From the NCBI GenBank assembly GCA_038217285.1, contig JBBQPO010000011.1, forward strand, positions 1 to 48,653: DNA of 48,653 nt, read 5' to 3'. This stretch comes from Chthonomonadales bacterium. GTDB lineage: Bacteria > Armatimonadota > Chthonomonadetes > Chthonomonadales > Chthonomonadaceae. A program made the position numbers and the translations under genes. The notes under the pieces were generated by a model that saw only the letters and a list, made by a program, of their open reading frames with translations, made no database searches and had not been told where the DNA came from. Positions 9,611 through 19,143 of this stretch are shown in pieces; position 1 is the stretch's first letter; each line of letters starts with the position of its first letter.

Positions 9611-9640
9611 CCCGCGGACTCCGTTAAAGGGGTCGGCGGG
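9611..9640. terminator. Imperfect hairpin between convergent genes
   Basis: CCCGCGGACTCC-GTTAAA-GGGGTCGGCGGG. Confidence 0.45.
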
Positions 9641-9670
9641 TAGTCTGTTTTTGAAGAGGCAGAGGAGGAG

Positions 9671-10324
9671 TCAGTCCGTTTTTGCCTCTTCAGGATCGGG
9701 ACGCAGATGGTGCCTCAGCCAGATCCCCAGTGCAATCAACAGTACGACGCCGATGACGGCGTCAGCGCCATGAAAGTAGGATTTCAAGCTGTCCCAGTTT
9801 TCGCCCAGTTTCTGTCCGACATAAGCCAGCAGGTAACACCAGGGAACGGAACCGAGGAACGAGAGCGTTATGAACGGCACAAACGGCATACGCGCGATTC
9901 CGGCCGGAAGCGAAATAAAGGTCCGCACGACAGGGAGCAGGCGCGAGAAAAAGATCGCCGCCGCGCCGTGTTTTTGAAACCATACATCCGATTTCTCGAT
10001 ATCCCTGCGGCGCAGCAGAATATATCTGCCCCATCTGAAGACAAACTCACGCCCGCCTCTTGCTCCGACCGCGAAGGCCAGCGCCGACCCGAGCGCGCAA
10101 CCGACCGCTCCCGCGAGAGCCACTAGATGAAGGTTCAAGGGCAATCGATGGACGCTGGCAGCGACGGCGACCGTCGTCAGGGCTCCGGCGAACGGCATGA
10201 TAACCTCGCTCGGCAGGGGGATACAGGCGCTCTCCAGAGCCATCAACAGCAAGATTCCTACATAACCTCCACTCGCGATAACGCCCTTGATCCAGTCGCT
10301 CAGAGCCGCTAAAATGTGTCCCAA
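9671..10324 (-). CDS. DedA family membrane protein
   Basis: LESACIPLPSEVIMPFAG and SRLLPVVRTFISLPAG motifs. Confidence 0.95.
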   Translation of the reverse strand: MGHILAALSDWIKGVIASGGYVGILLLMALESACIPLPSEVIMPFAGALTTVAVAASVHRLPLNLHLVALAGAVGCALGSALAFAVGARGGREFVFRWGRYILLRRRDIEKSDVWFQKHGAAAIFFSRLLPVVRTFISLPAGIARMPFVPFITLSFLGSVPWCYLLAYVGQKLGENWDSLKSYFHGADAVIGVVLLIALGIWLRHHLRPDPEEAKTD

Positions 10325-10342
10325 ATCTTCTCCTTATGGCAC

Positions 10343-11671
10343 TTAAGCCCGCTGCGATCCGCCGAGTTTCTCCCGTATGGACTGCCCGAAATTTTCCCAG
10401 TCGAAGTCACCGTTGAACAGCCGCAATCGTGCCAGGCCACTGGGAGGGTTCTGGCGGCGAACCCGATCATAGATGTCCACGACCTGGTCGATCATGCGTT
10501 CAGGGACGAAGTCGTGCGCGTTGCGGAGGGCATTACAACGCATCCGTTCCCGCAGTTCGTTGTCGGATAGCAACTGCACGATCCGCTGCGTGAACAGATC
10601 GCTATCTCCTTCCGCCACCCTAAAACCGTCGATGCCTTCGCGGATGGTTTCCGGCGCGCCCCCGGCGTCGATGGCGACCGTCGGTGTTCCCGAAGCGCGT
10701 GCTTCCCCAATAACCAGCCCCTGGGTTTCCGAGGGCGAAGGGAAGCAGAAAACGTCCGCAGCGGCCAGCAGCGGGTCAAGTTGTCGGCGGGCCAGTGGAC
10801 CCAAGAAGAGCACAGACTCCCGGATCTGTAGCTTTTCGGATTCCAGTTCCAGCTCGTCTCGATAGGGCCCGTCGCCTGCAAGAGCGAGTTTCACGCCTGG
10901 AACGGTATGCATCACTTTGCCGAAATTGGCCAGCAGCCAACTTAGATTCTTTTCCTGCGCCAGCCGGCCCGCAAACAGCAGCAGCGGCGTGTCTGGTGCG
11001 AGCCCCAGCGATTCTCGGGTTTGCGCGCGGGCTTGAGCCGTTCGATATTCAGGGCGCGGCAGAGATATTCCCGTCGGAACGACATCGATCGGGCTCTCGA
11101 CACCCATCTGTCGCAACGTTTCCGCGGCGACCTCAGACGGGCATAGAATTGCAGCACAGCGGTTGTAATACCACGGCAGGTAGACTTCGAGAAGGTTCTG
11201 AGTCATGGAGTCGGGAAAGAGAGGCACATAGTGACTGTACTGTGAATAGAAGGTGTGGAAGGTCGTCACGAGTGGCACGCCCCGGCTTAAGGCAAGATTG
11301 GCGCCGGTAAGGCCCAGGACGAATGGCGTATGGGTATGAACGACGTCAAGGCGCAGCCGATGAAACTGGGTGGCGAGCGCCAAGCGTGGCAGGAACGGAT
11401 AGGCAAGGGGATAGCCAGGATTGAGCGAGGTGACGAACGAGGGGAACCGCAACACGTTGACTTCCGGCTCTATCTGCTGGTCGTTTTCGGGAGCGAATAC
11501 CCACACGCGGTTTTTTCGGGCGCGCAGACCGTCGATCAGGGTCAGGAGGGAGGTCGTGACGCCGTTCTGCACAGGTCGAAAACTCTCCGAAAAAAGTCCG
11601 ATGCGCAGCGCACCTTCGGTCGGCGGAGAGGGATCATTCGGTTGGTTCTTGATTTGAGACGGTATTCGCAC
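10343..11671 (-). CDS. GT4 glycosyltransferase (diacylglycerol glycosyltransferase-like)
   Basis: FSESFRPVQNGV, HTHTPF, GRLAQEKN and SETQGLVIGEA motifs. Confidence 0.9.
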   Translation of the reverse strand: MRIPSQIKNQPNDPSPPTEGALRIGLFSESFRPVQNGVTTSLLTLIDGLRARKNRVWVFAPENDQQIEPEVNVLRFPSFVTSLNPGYPLAYPFLPRLALATQFHRLRLDVVHTHTPFVLGLTGANLALSRGVPLVTTFHTFYSQYSHYVPLFPDSMTQNLLEVYLPWYYNRCAAILCPSEVAAETLRQMGVESPIDVVPTGISLPRPEYRTAQARAQTRESLGLAPDTPLLLFAGRLAQEKNLSWLLANFGKVMHTVPGVKLALAGDGPYRDELELESEKLQIRESVLFLGPLARRQLDPLLAAADVFCFPSPSETQGLVIGEARASGTPTVAIDAGGAPETIREGIDGFRVAEGDSDLFTQRIVQLLSDNELRERMRCNALRNAHDFVPERMIDQVVDIYDRVRRQNPPSGLARLRLFNGDFDWENFGQSIREKLGGSQRA

Positions 11672-11710
11672 GTTTGCTCTGTTCCCACCCTGTGGCGCCT
11701 TCGACCCGGT

Positions 11711-12805
11711 CTACTCTTGGGCAGCCGATTCCAGCGGGGCGGCGGACCGGTTTCGACGACCTGGTGCGACGCGCTCCTGCAGGCGATCAGATGTCAGCGC
11801 TGTCTGTTGAGTCTCCAGGAACGTGAGGATATCCGAAAGACGGAAGCGGCGCTGCCGTGTTTCTCGTTCCGTCGTGTTGGCCGAAGGACGTTCTGGCTCC
11901 TTCCGATAGTGGGTCAAAATTCCCTTGTTCGTGTACCTGCGGACGGTGGTTGGGCAGACGTTCAACAGTCGTGCGGTATCTTCCAGCGAGAGTACCGGGT
12001 CCAGAATACGGGCGATGAGTTCGGCACGTTTTTCTTGAAAAGGGCGTTTGTACGACGACTGTGCGACTTCGCGCTCCTCTTCCCGACGTTCCAGCGCCAG
12101 AAGTGTCTGAACATGACGGGGGACTTGCGACCAGAGATCTGCCGACGAGAGGCTGGACACCACATTTTCGGCCGACACGTTTCGCGCCTGCGGGGCTCTC
12201 GTGCGTCGCCGTTCCGGCGGGCCGTCGGTGGTGTCGGAATCTGCGCGATGAATGGGGACGCTCTTAGCGGGCGTAAATCCTGATGTTAGCGGTAAGAGCA
12301 CCGATACCGGACCCGTTGCCACGTCGTCCTCGAGAAGGTTCGCGATTGTCGGAGGATCGATCTGCGCGCTAGCAGTGCCGTTGGATTTCGCCGGAAGGTA
12401 GTCGGCAAATACCGGAATGATGGGATCGAGTTGCAGCGCGGGTTCAAACGGTACCGGTGAGACTGCAGGGAGGAGGGCAGGTTCGTCTGCCGGGGACTCC
12501 ACGACGGACCGCACGACAAAACCTGTCTGTCGGGGCTTCGTAGGCGCCGGAGTGCGGGACCGCGACGCTTCTACAGGGCTGTCCGCTGGCGGTAAGCCAA
12601 CGGGAGCGGCGTCCGGAAGATCATGACGTGGAAGTGTTTCATCGTGCGCCGTCTCGTCCGCTATCCGGAGCGCGTCATCTTCCAGGAGCAACGCCGTCTG
12701 CTGCTCGCCTGCTGGGAGAACGGTAGGCTTCGCCGGTACTGGAAGAGGTGTCGTCTCTTCTAAAAACTGGGATTCGATGAATTTTTGCCATTCGTCGAGT
12801 CGCAT
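11711..12805 (-). CDS. Protein with long low-complexity linker and C-terminal excisionase/MerR-like HTH
   Basis: LSLEDTARLLNVCPTTVRRYTNKG...QRRFRLSD. Confidence 0.8.
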   Translation of the reverse strand: MRLDEWQKFIESQFLEETTPLPVPAKPTVLPAGEQQTALLLEDDALRIADETAHDETLPRHDLPDAAPVGLPPADSPVEASRSRTPAPTKPRQTGFVVRSVVESPADEPALLPAVSPVPFEPALQLDPIIPVFADYLPAKSNGTASAQIDPPTIANLLEDDVATGPVSVLLPLTSGFTPAKSVPIHRADSDTTDGPPERRRTRAPQARNVSAENVVSSLSSADLWSQVPRHVQTLLALERREEEREVAQSSYKRPFQEKRAELIARILDPVLSLEDTARLLNVCPTTVRRYTNKGILTHYRKEPERPSANTTERETRQRRFRLSDILTFLETQQTALTSDRLQERVAPGRRNRSAAPLESAAQE

Positions 12806-12826
12806 TATAAGGCTTCCTTCGTTTGA

Positions 12827-13879
12827 TCAGAGGATTAACATGGCATCGCCGAAACTGAAAAACCGATATTCCAGGCGAATCGCTTCGCGGTACGCATGGA
12901 GAGTCGATTCGTATCCGGCAAACGCGCATACCAGCATCAACAAGGTGGAACAGGGCAGGTGGAAATTGGTGATGAGCGCGTCCACGGCTTGATACTCATA
13001 GCCGGGGGTGATGAAGAGGCGGGTTTCCCCCTCAAAAGCGACGACCCGCACCCCCTTCTGCTGTTGGCTGGCCGTTCGACGGGCCGCAGCCGATTCGAGC
13101 GTTCGGGTCGAGGTCGTTCCTACGGCGACGACCCGTCTGCGTGTATGATTGACCGCCTCGGCTGCCTGCGGAGAGAGATGCACCCACTCGCCATGCATTT
13201 CATGGTCGGCGACGTTTTCGGTGCGTACCGGCCGGAAGGTTCCGACACCGACATGGAGCGTGACGGTCGCGCGCCCAACCCCGTTCCTCTCCATCTGAGC
13301 GAGAAGGTCCGGCGTAAAGTGGAGTCCGGCGGTCGGCGCCGCTGCGGACCCACCCCCCTGCGCATAGACCGTCTGGTAGCGCTCTTCTTCCGCTGCAGGC
13401 AATGGCGTGTGGATATACGGTGGAAGAGGAGCGACGCCCCATCCGGAGAGCGCGTCCCGTTCGACTGTCGAATCCAGTTCCAGAATGCGGCCCCCGTCCG
13501 GTGTTGTGGCCGTGATGAGGGCCTGGACGAAGGGAGTGTGCCTGTCCCCTCGGAAAAGTGTAAGGCTCTTGCCGGGCCGCAGCGACTTGCCAGGCCGCAC
13601 GAGCGCCTCCCAACTTTTTAGACCGCTCGGCCTGAGCAACAGCACTTCGGCTTCCTGGCCCGCCTCGCGTAGTCCGATCAGCCGTCGCGCGGTGACGCGG
13701 GTGTCGTTCAGGACGAGAGTGTCCCCTTCGGACAGATATTCCGGCAGATCCTCAAAACGGCGATGTTCCAGCCTGCCATCGGACCTGTGCACAACGAGCA
13801 GTCGGGAATGTCCGCGCGCCGCCGGGGTCTGAGCGATCAACTCCGGCGGGAGCTCATATTTAAATTCTTCAGTTCGCAT
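12827..13879 (-). CDS. queA: S-adenosylmethionine:tRNA ribosyltransferase-isomerase
   Basis: LPPELIAQ, PLPPYI, YQTVYA, AAPTAGLHF, TNFHLP and FFSFGDAM motifs. Confidence 0.98.
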   Translation of the reverse strand: MRTEEFKYELPPELIAQTPAARGHSRLLVVHRSDGRLEHRRFEDLPEYLSEGDTLVLNDTRVTARRLIGLREAGQEAEVLLLRPSGLKSWEALVRPGKSLRPGKSLTLFRGDRHTPFVQALITATTPDGGRILELDSTVERDALSGWGVAPLPPYIHTPLPAAEEERYQTVYAQGGGSAAAPTAGLHFTPDLLAQMERNGVGRATVTLHVGVGTFRPVRTENVADHEMHGEWVHLSPQAAEAVNHTRRRVVAVGTTSTRTLESAAARRTASQQQKGVRVVAFEGETRLFITPGYEYQAVDALITNFHLPCSTLLMLVCAFAGYESTLHAYREAIRLEYRFFSFGDAMLIL

Positions 13880-13943
13880 AGTTCAGTGACACGCGCATCC
13901 TGTAACGACGCGCGGAAGAGACAGCCAGTGGTTCAATTTGCCT

Positions 13944-13973
13944 ATTGTAGAGGAAAGGGACAGGCAAAGTCAA
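13944..13973 (-). promoter_or_regulatory. sigma70-type promoter for queA
   Basis: TTGACT-N18-TACAAT on the minus strand. Confidence 0.6.
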
Positions 13974-14000
13974 GTGCCTGGTGCCTATGCCCGGGCGAAT

Positions 14001-14963
14001 TCAGCGTCTTAGCAGATCGGGAAGTTCGTCCGGGGCGACGCCTAGGTCGAAATAGGCAGCCCGCAGCCGCTCCTTCACCAGCGGGACGTCATCAGCCGGA
14101 ATTCCCAGCGCGCGGGCGTCTCCAGAGAGTTCGGCGACGGCCTGTGTCAGTCGTTCGGCGTTCGGCGTCGTGTCGAGATTTCGATACAGGAGGCGCCATG
14201 TCTCGGGATCCCGAGAGTCGCGTACATAGGCGAAACAGTGCGGCTGGTTGGGAATGTCCCCATCCTGGCCATTACGTGCCGCCAGCGCGTCTGGCCGCAG
14301 GATGTCCCTCGTAAGAATGGCATAGAGGCTCTGCGCATCGATACGATAGTTGGCCGTCCGCTGAAGTTCACGCCGCAGCAGGTTGAGGACATCGGGCGAG
14401 AGGAGCATCGACGCAATCCGACCGGGATTAAGCACGCGAAACCGTTCCCAGTGGTCTTGAAGCGCCCCGTCCTGGACCCCTTCTTTGCAGACCAGGTAGA
14501 AAAGCCGGGCCTTGTCGTCCGCGGAGGTAGTGTCCAGCAGGGAGACTCGGAAAACCAGCTCCGCGTGGCGGTCATGCCCGACGCCAAGTCGATAACAGGA
14601 CCAGATGTCGGCGTTCGTCAGCAGTGCCCATTCCGCATAGGGTGGGGCGGAGGAGCCGCTGAGGCGCAGCAGATGCGCCGCATTCGGGACGACGGCCAGA
14701 CTCTTGACGTTGAGCAAGAACTGGACCTCACGCTCAATCAGCACGGCGTAGTCGGCGTTTTGGCCCCGAACGCTGATCTCGGCGGTGACGTCGAAAAACG
14801 GATCGTAGCCCAGCATGTCACCGAGCATCGCCTTGACGATGTCGGCAGTGTCACGTTCGTTCATGCCGCGCTGGCGCGCTTGCCCAACGATGCGGCTATA
14901 CTTTTTGAGGCCGTCCTGAATACGGCTGCGCGCGTTGTCTGCGTATTTTAACATAGTCGTCAC
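14001..14963 (-). CDS. HsdR-N-like (PD-(D/E)xK fold) protein with degenerate active site and an extra C-terminal domain
   Basis: NERDTADIVKAMLGDMLGYD...AEISVRG..ADYAV...FLLNVKS...EWALLTN..W..Y pattern. Confidence 0.75.
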   Translation of the reverse strand: MTTMLKYADNARSRIQDGLKKYSRIVGQARQRGMNERDTADIVKAMLGDMLGYDPFFDVTAEISVRGQNADYAVLIEREVQFLLNVKSLAVVPNAAHLLRLSGSSAPPYAEWALLTNADIWSCYRLGVGHDRHAELVFRVSLLDTTSADDKARLFYLVCKEGVQDGALQDHWERFRVLNPGRIASMLLSPDVLNLLRRELQRTANYRIDAQSLYAILTRDILRPDALAARNGQDGDIPNQPHCFAYVRDSRDPETWRLLYRNLDTTPNAERLTQAVAELSGDARALGIPADDVPLVKERLRAAYFDLGVAPDELPDLLRR

Positions 14964-14987
14964 CAGGTACTTGCATAACGAGTCAGG

Positions 14988-15311
14988 TCAGTCGAATTCC
15001 CAGACGCTGACGTAGACGGTATCGGCCTCGATAGAAACCTCGAAGACAGGGATTCCATAGCCACCAACTGTTACACAGTCGCCGGACTTAAGTTCGAATC
15101 GGTAGCCGTGCCGTCGGCAGGTCACGTATCCGCCATGCGCGGGAGCGCCCTCAAGCGAGGCGTTTTGATGGGGACAGAGGCTTCCGACCGCGCTCCACCT
15201 TCCCGCGTGATGGAAGAGTGTGCAGGCGCCATCTTCTCCCAGTGGAACGACTTTGCCGACATCCGGCGGAATGTCGCCGGCCTGTGCAACCGCATAACGA
15301 ACTTTCCGCAT
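14988..15311 (-). CDS. Rieske [2Fe-2S] ferredoxin
   Basis: CPH ... CRRHGYRFEL.SG.C. Confidence 0.9.
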   Translation of the reverse strand: MRKVRYAVAQAGDIPPDVGKVVPLGEDGACTLFHHAGRWSAVGSLCPHQNASLEGAPAHGGYVTCRRHGYRFELKSGDCVTVGGYGIPVFEVSIEADTVYVSVWEFD

Positions 15312-15321
15312 CGCGTCTGCT

Positions 15322-16470
15322 TTATCCTCCGAGTTGACTCATATTGCGGTGAACCGGCGCCATCCCATCTTCGAGGCGATGCTCGCGCGGCTTGTGTAGA
15401 ACTGTCATGCGGAATAGATCTGCGATCTCTGTATCCGTTGCGCCTTCACGGAGCGGGGTGCGCAGGTCGACCTCCCCATCCGCCATCAGGCAGGGGCGCA
15501 ACTGCCCGTCCGCGGTGAGGCGCAGGCGGTTGCAGGTGAGGCAGAGATCGTTGGTGATCTGGCTGATGAACCCGATCGTGCCGCAGGCGCCGGCAAGGCG
15601 ATAGGATCGTGCCGGGCCATTCACCTGCACCTCGGCCGGTTCCAGCGGACCGAGGGCCGATTCAATTCTGGCCTTCATCTCCGCAGTCGCGACGAAGGCG
15701 CGTCTCATCTGGGTGGCGTCGAGCTGCCCGACAGGGGCGGTTTCGGCGAGCCGGAATGTCTGCTCCAGGGTAGGAAGCTCTGGGCGAGCGTAGAGCGTAA
15801 TGTTACTGTTGCGCTGGTAGTCGGGCAGCGGGGCGGCGAGCGCGAAGAACGCTTCCATCCCGATACCGCCGTCGTCGCCCTGGGACCAGTTGATCGGCAT
15901 CAGCTCGATAAAACGCACGTCGTAGGGCTGAGTCAGCGTGAGGCGCGCGAAGTCTACGACCTCATCATCGTTCCAGTCGCGCATGACGACGCAGTTCAGC
16001 TTGAGCGGCGTGAGGCCGGCCCGTTGCGCGGCCGCGATCCCGTCCATGACCGCGCCTAAATCGCCGCGACGGGCGATCCGCGTAAATCGCTCCGGACGCA
16101 GTGTGTCCAGGCTAATATTGATGCGATTCAGTCCAGACCGGGCGAAGCTGTCGGCGTGGCGGGCAAGAACGGAGCCGTTCGTCGTCATTGAAAGGTCTCG
16201 CAGCCCCGGTATCGCGCCGATGCCCGCAACGAGATGCTCGATGTCTTTACGCACAAGCGGTTCGCCGCCCGTCAGCCGAATCTTGGTCATACCGAGTCCG
16301 ACGGCGATGTTTACCAGTCGCTCGATCTCCTCGAAAGAGAGGATCAGCGATTTGTGGGAGACCGGGGCCCCCTCCTCCGGCATACAGTAGACGCAACGAA
16401 AATTACATCGGTCGGTAACGCTGACTCGGAGATAGTCGATGGTTCGGTTGTAGCTATCGATAAGCGGCAT
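15322..16470 (-). CDS. moaA: GTP 3',8-cyclase
   Basis: YLRVSVTDRCNFRCVYC, RLTGGEP, C..CNRLRL...G.LRPCL, C-terminal MSQLGG; start placed at MPLIDSY behind an AAGGAG RBS. Confidence 0.96.
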   Translation of the reverse strand: MPLIDSYNRTIDYLRVSVTDRCNFRCVYCMPEEGAPVSHKSLILSFEEIERLVNIAVGLGMTKIRLTGGEPLVRKDIEHLVAGIGAIPGLRDLSMTTNGSVLARHADSFARSGLNRINISLDTLRPERFTRIARRGDLGAVMDGIAAAQRAGLTPLKLNCVVMRDWNDDEVVDFARLTLTQPYDVRFIELMPINWSQGDDGGIGMEAFFALAAPLPDYQRNSNITLYARPELPTLEQTFRLAETAPVGQLDATQMRRAFVATAEMKARIESALGPLEPAEVQVNGPARSYRLAGACGTIGFISQITNDLCLTCNRLRLTADGQLRPCLMADGEVDLRTPLREGATDTEIADLFRMTVLHKPREHRLEDGMAPVHRNMSQLGG

Positions 16471-16596
16471 GAAGGGTCGGGCTCCTTCCGGAGAAAGTGT
16501 ACGTCTGCACCTACCTATTAGTATACCCCTGTACCGCTTCCAGAGTTTCCAGACGTGGCGATCGGCGCGGTGTCTCCTGGTGAGACAGATGCCGTC

Positions 16597-16626
16597 TTGA
16601 CAGCGACCGACACAAACGTGTAACAT
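16597..16626 (+). promoter_or_regulatory. sigma70-type promoter
   Basis: TTGACA-N18-TAACAT, 30 nt before the 16657 ATG. Confidence 0.6.
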
Positions 16627-16656
16627 AGGGGAAACACCAGATACGGGGAGGGAAGC

Positions 16657-18135
16657 ATGTCTGTGCCGCTACATCTATGGTTTCAAAGCGCATTTCTGCA
16701 CGATCGAGGGCGTAGATCCGGTTCGTCAGTGCCGAGACCCTCCCTTTTTATTTTACTTGCGATGGTGTGCCTGGGAGGGGCCAGTTTCGCGCAGGACAAG
16801 TCGGAACCGAAAGAGGGATTGGCCGCAGCGGCCCCACAGGCAGCGCCCGTAGAAATTCCGCCGATTAAATTTCGTGAACGTCCGCGCTATCCCGCCGACC
16901 CCCAGCGCTTGAAACGTACGCCCCTGATCGACGGTGTGCTGGGGGATGGGGAGTGGGATCCGTTCTATACGATTACAGAGGGGCCCATCAAGGGAACGGT
17001 CTACTGTAACTGGGACGACAACTTCCTCTATCTGGCAACGCGCACCGAAGGCGCGGCGAACGTGCTCTTCGACGTCGATCTTAACGGGGACGGCTGGCTG
17101 CGCGGCGCGGACAATATCGAAATTCTGATTGGCAGCGTCTCGAACGGCGGCACCCCCGTCGTCTCTGCCCGCCTGCTCGATGCCTCGAACAGCAAAGATA
17201 CTCCTGTCTGGAACGACACGGCCATCGATCCGAAATCGATCATCGTGGCGCAAAAACTGGTAAACGGCACTCAGATACTGGAGATAGCCATTCCGAAGAA
17301 CACGGCCAGCCTGCAGCCCCGCGTCGGCCTGAATTTCGGCCTGCGCGCGGAGTTTCTTCCGGCAGGCCCGGTCACGGCCTTCACGGCCACCGCGCCGTTC
17401 GAGCCGCATCTGCTCCTCGAAGCGACGTTGGCGGTGGCACGCGTCACCGGTGTCGCCGGTATCAACCCTAAATTGACGCTCTCCGACCTGAAATGCGTCG
17501 CCGGGCAGAAACTGTTCGCGACGCTGGAACTCACCAACCAGACCGACCAGAATGTGGTCATCAAGAGTGTGCTCTGGACAGGAACCGGTCTGAGCGCCAA
17601 TGTCGTCAACACCCTGCGCGAGGTCAATGTCAAGCCGATCGCCGGCCTGAAGAAGCAGAAGCTGACCTATCAGACGGTCCTGCCGGAAAACCTGTCGGTC
17701 GGCTCCTACTTGCTCACAGTCGCGGTGGATCTCGACGGCGGCAAAACGATTCAGTCGGCGGCGGCCTTCACCGTTGTCGATGCCCTACAGGTGCAGATGT
17801 CGAGCGAGCCACAGCCCGTCGTCGTCTCGGGGCAGACCAAACTGGCCGTCGATGTCGAAGTAACCAGCGCGGTGCCCAATCATTTCCGTGGAGAGGTCGA
17901 GCTAAACGTCCTGCCCGTCGGCTGGCTTCTGGACGGCAATAAAAAGCGTAGTCTCTTTATCGACCGAGAGGACGCCAAACGTGTGTCCCGCTTCCCGCTG
18001 AAACTACCGTCTACCACGGCAGCAGGCGACTATACCGTGGAAGCGACCGTCTCCTGGCACGGGCAGGCGTGGCACACCCGAACGGTCGTCAAGGTGATCC
18101 GGACGGACGCTCCTGCAGCGACACCGCCGAAATAG
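16657..18135 (+). CDS. Secreted hypothetical protein (CBM9/DOMON-like N-domain, Ig/NEW3-like C-domains)
   Basis: Signal peptide; TPLIDGVL..GEW...NWDDNFLYLA; LPVGW...TTAAGDY. Confidence 0.75.
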   Translation: MSVPLHLWFQSAFLHDRGRRSGSSVPRPSLFILLAMVCLGGASFAQDKSEPKEGLAAAAPQAAPVEIPPIKFRERPRYPADPQRLKRTPLIDGVLGDGEWDPFYTITEGPIKGTVYCNWDDNFLYLATRTEGAANVLFDVDLNGDGWLRGADNIEILIGSVSNGGTPVVSARLLDASNSKDTPVWNDTAIDPKSIIVAQKLVNGTQILEIAIPKNTASLQPRVGLNFGLRAEFLPAGPVTAFTATAPFEPHLLLEATLAVARVTGVAGINPKLTLSDLKCVAGQKLFATLELTNQTDQNVVIKSVLWTGTGLSANVVNTLREVNVKPIAGLKKQKLTYQTVLPENLSVGSYLLTVAVDLDGGKTIQSAAAFTVVDALQVQMSSEPQPVVVSGQTKLAVDVEVTSAVPNHFRGEVELNVLPVGWLLDGNKKRSLFIDREDAKRVSRFPLKLPSTTAAGDYTVEATVSWHGQAWHTRTVVKVIRTDAPAATPPK

Positions 18136-18162
18136 AGGCGTGGGCGGAGCCTGCGAGGTGCT

Positions 18163-19080
18163 ATGTTGGTAAACGCCATCGAGATGGAGGCGCTGACAAA
18201 ACATTACGGGCCCTTCCGAGCGGTTCAGGGTCTGAACCTGACCGTTCCCGCAGGGCAGGTGTTTGGGCTGCTCGGACCGAATGGTGCGGGCAAAACCACG
18301 ACCATTATGATGCTGCTCGGCAACGTGCGCCCGACCTCTGGTCGGGCCACACTGCTGGGTAAGCCGCTCGGTGACATCCCCCTCCGCAGCCGGATCGGCT
18401 TTCTTCCTGAGAAGTTTCAGTTCCACGATTTTCTGACCGCGACGGAGTTTTTGCGCCTGCACGGCCGATTGGCCGGTATGGCCGCCAGGCCACTGGAGGC
18501 GCGTATCGGTTTCGTGTTGGAGCGCGTTGGCCTGGAAACGCGGGGCGCATCGAAAATACGCGAGTTCTCCAGGGGAATGCAGCAAAGACTTGGGCTGGCA
18601 CAGGCCATCGTGCACGATCCGGATCTCATCATTCTGGACGAACCGACCTCAGCTCTGGATCCTCTGGGGCGACGTGACGTGCGGCAGATCGTGGAGGAGC
18701 TTCGCGAACAGGGCAAGACTATCCTCGTGAACTCCCATATCCTCTCCGAGGTCGAGGCGACCTGTGATCGGGTGGCGGTCCTGAAGCAAGGGGAGATCGT
18801 CGCGGAAGGCACGATACCGGAGTTGCTGATGGCTGCTTCTACGGTGGAGGTGGAGGTGCACGAGATGAACGACGCGGCTCTGAGAGCGGTACGCAGTATC
18901 GTTCAAAAGCTCCGACTGGAACGGGTGCCGATCACGCGTTTCGCGGCGACCCTACGCTCAGATGCCGATATTCCTGAACTGGCGGCGGCTCTGGTTGAAA
19001 ACGGCGTCAAACTACTGGCCCTCATACCCAAACGCGAAACCCTGGAAGAGGCTTACCTGCGCATCCTTGAGGGTGTTTGA
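18163..19080 (+). CDS. ABC transporter ATP-binding protein (exporter type)
   Basis: GPNGAGKTT, FSRGMQQR, LDEPT and NSHIL motifs. Confidence 0.95.
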   Translation: MLVNAIEMEALTKHYGPFRAVQGLNLTVPAGQVFGLLGPNGAGKTTTIMMLLGNVRPTSGRATLLGKPLGDIPLRSRIGFLPEKFQFHDFLTATEFLRLHGRLAGMAARPLEARIGFVLERVGLETRGASKIREFSRGMQQRLGLAQAIVHDPDLIILDEPTSALDPLGRRDVRQIVEELREQGKTILVNSHILSEVEATCDRVAVLKQGEIVAEGTIPELLMAASTVEVEVHEMNDAALRAVRSIVQKLRLERVPITRFAATLRSDADIPELAAALVENGVKLLALIPKRETLEEAYLRILEGV

Positions 19081-19100
19081 GAGCCTATTCTGATGAGATT

Positions 19101-19131
19101 CGGCCCCCTTGCCGTGTCGGCAAGAGGGCCG
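19101..19131. terminator. Bidirectional hairpin between convergent genes
   Basis: CGGCCCCCTTGCCG-TGT-CGGCAAGAGGGCCG. Confidence 0.65.
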
Positions 19132-19143
19132 GAGTGTTGCCTC

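Noticed and set aside
13880..14000. preQ1 riboswitch upstream of queA
   Set aside because: No stem plus A-rich tail pattern visible
14001..14963. Functional type I restriction-modification system
   Set aside because: No helicase domain, HsdM or HsdS, and the catalytic motif is degenerate
16471..16650. Moco riboswitch upstream of moaA
   Set aside because: No recognisable conserved structure; the region is occupied by divergent promoters
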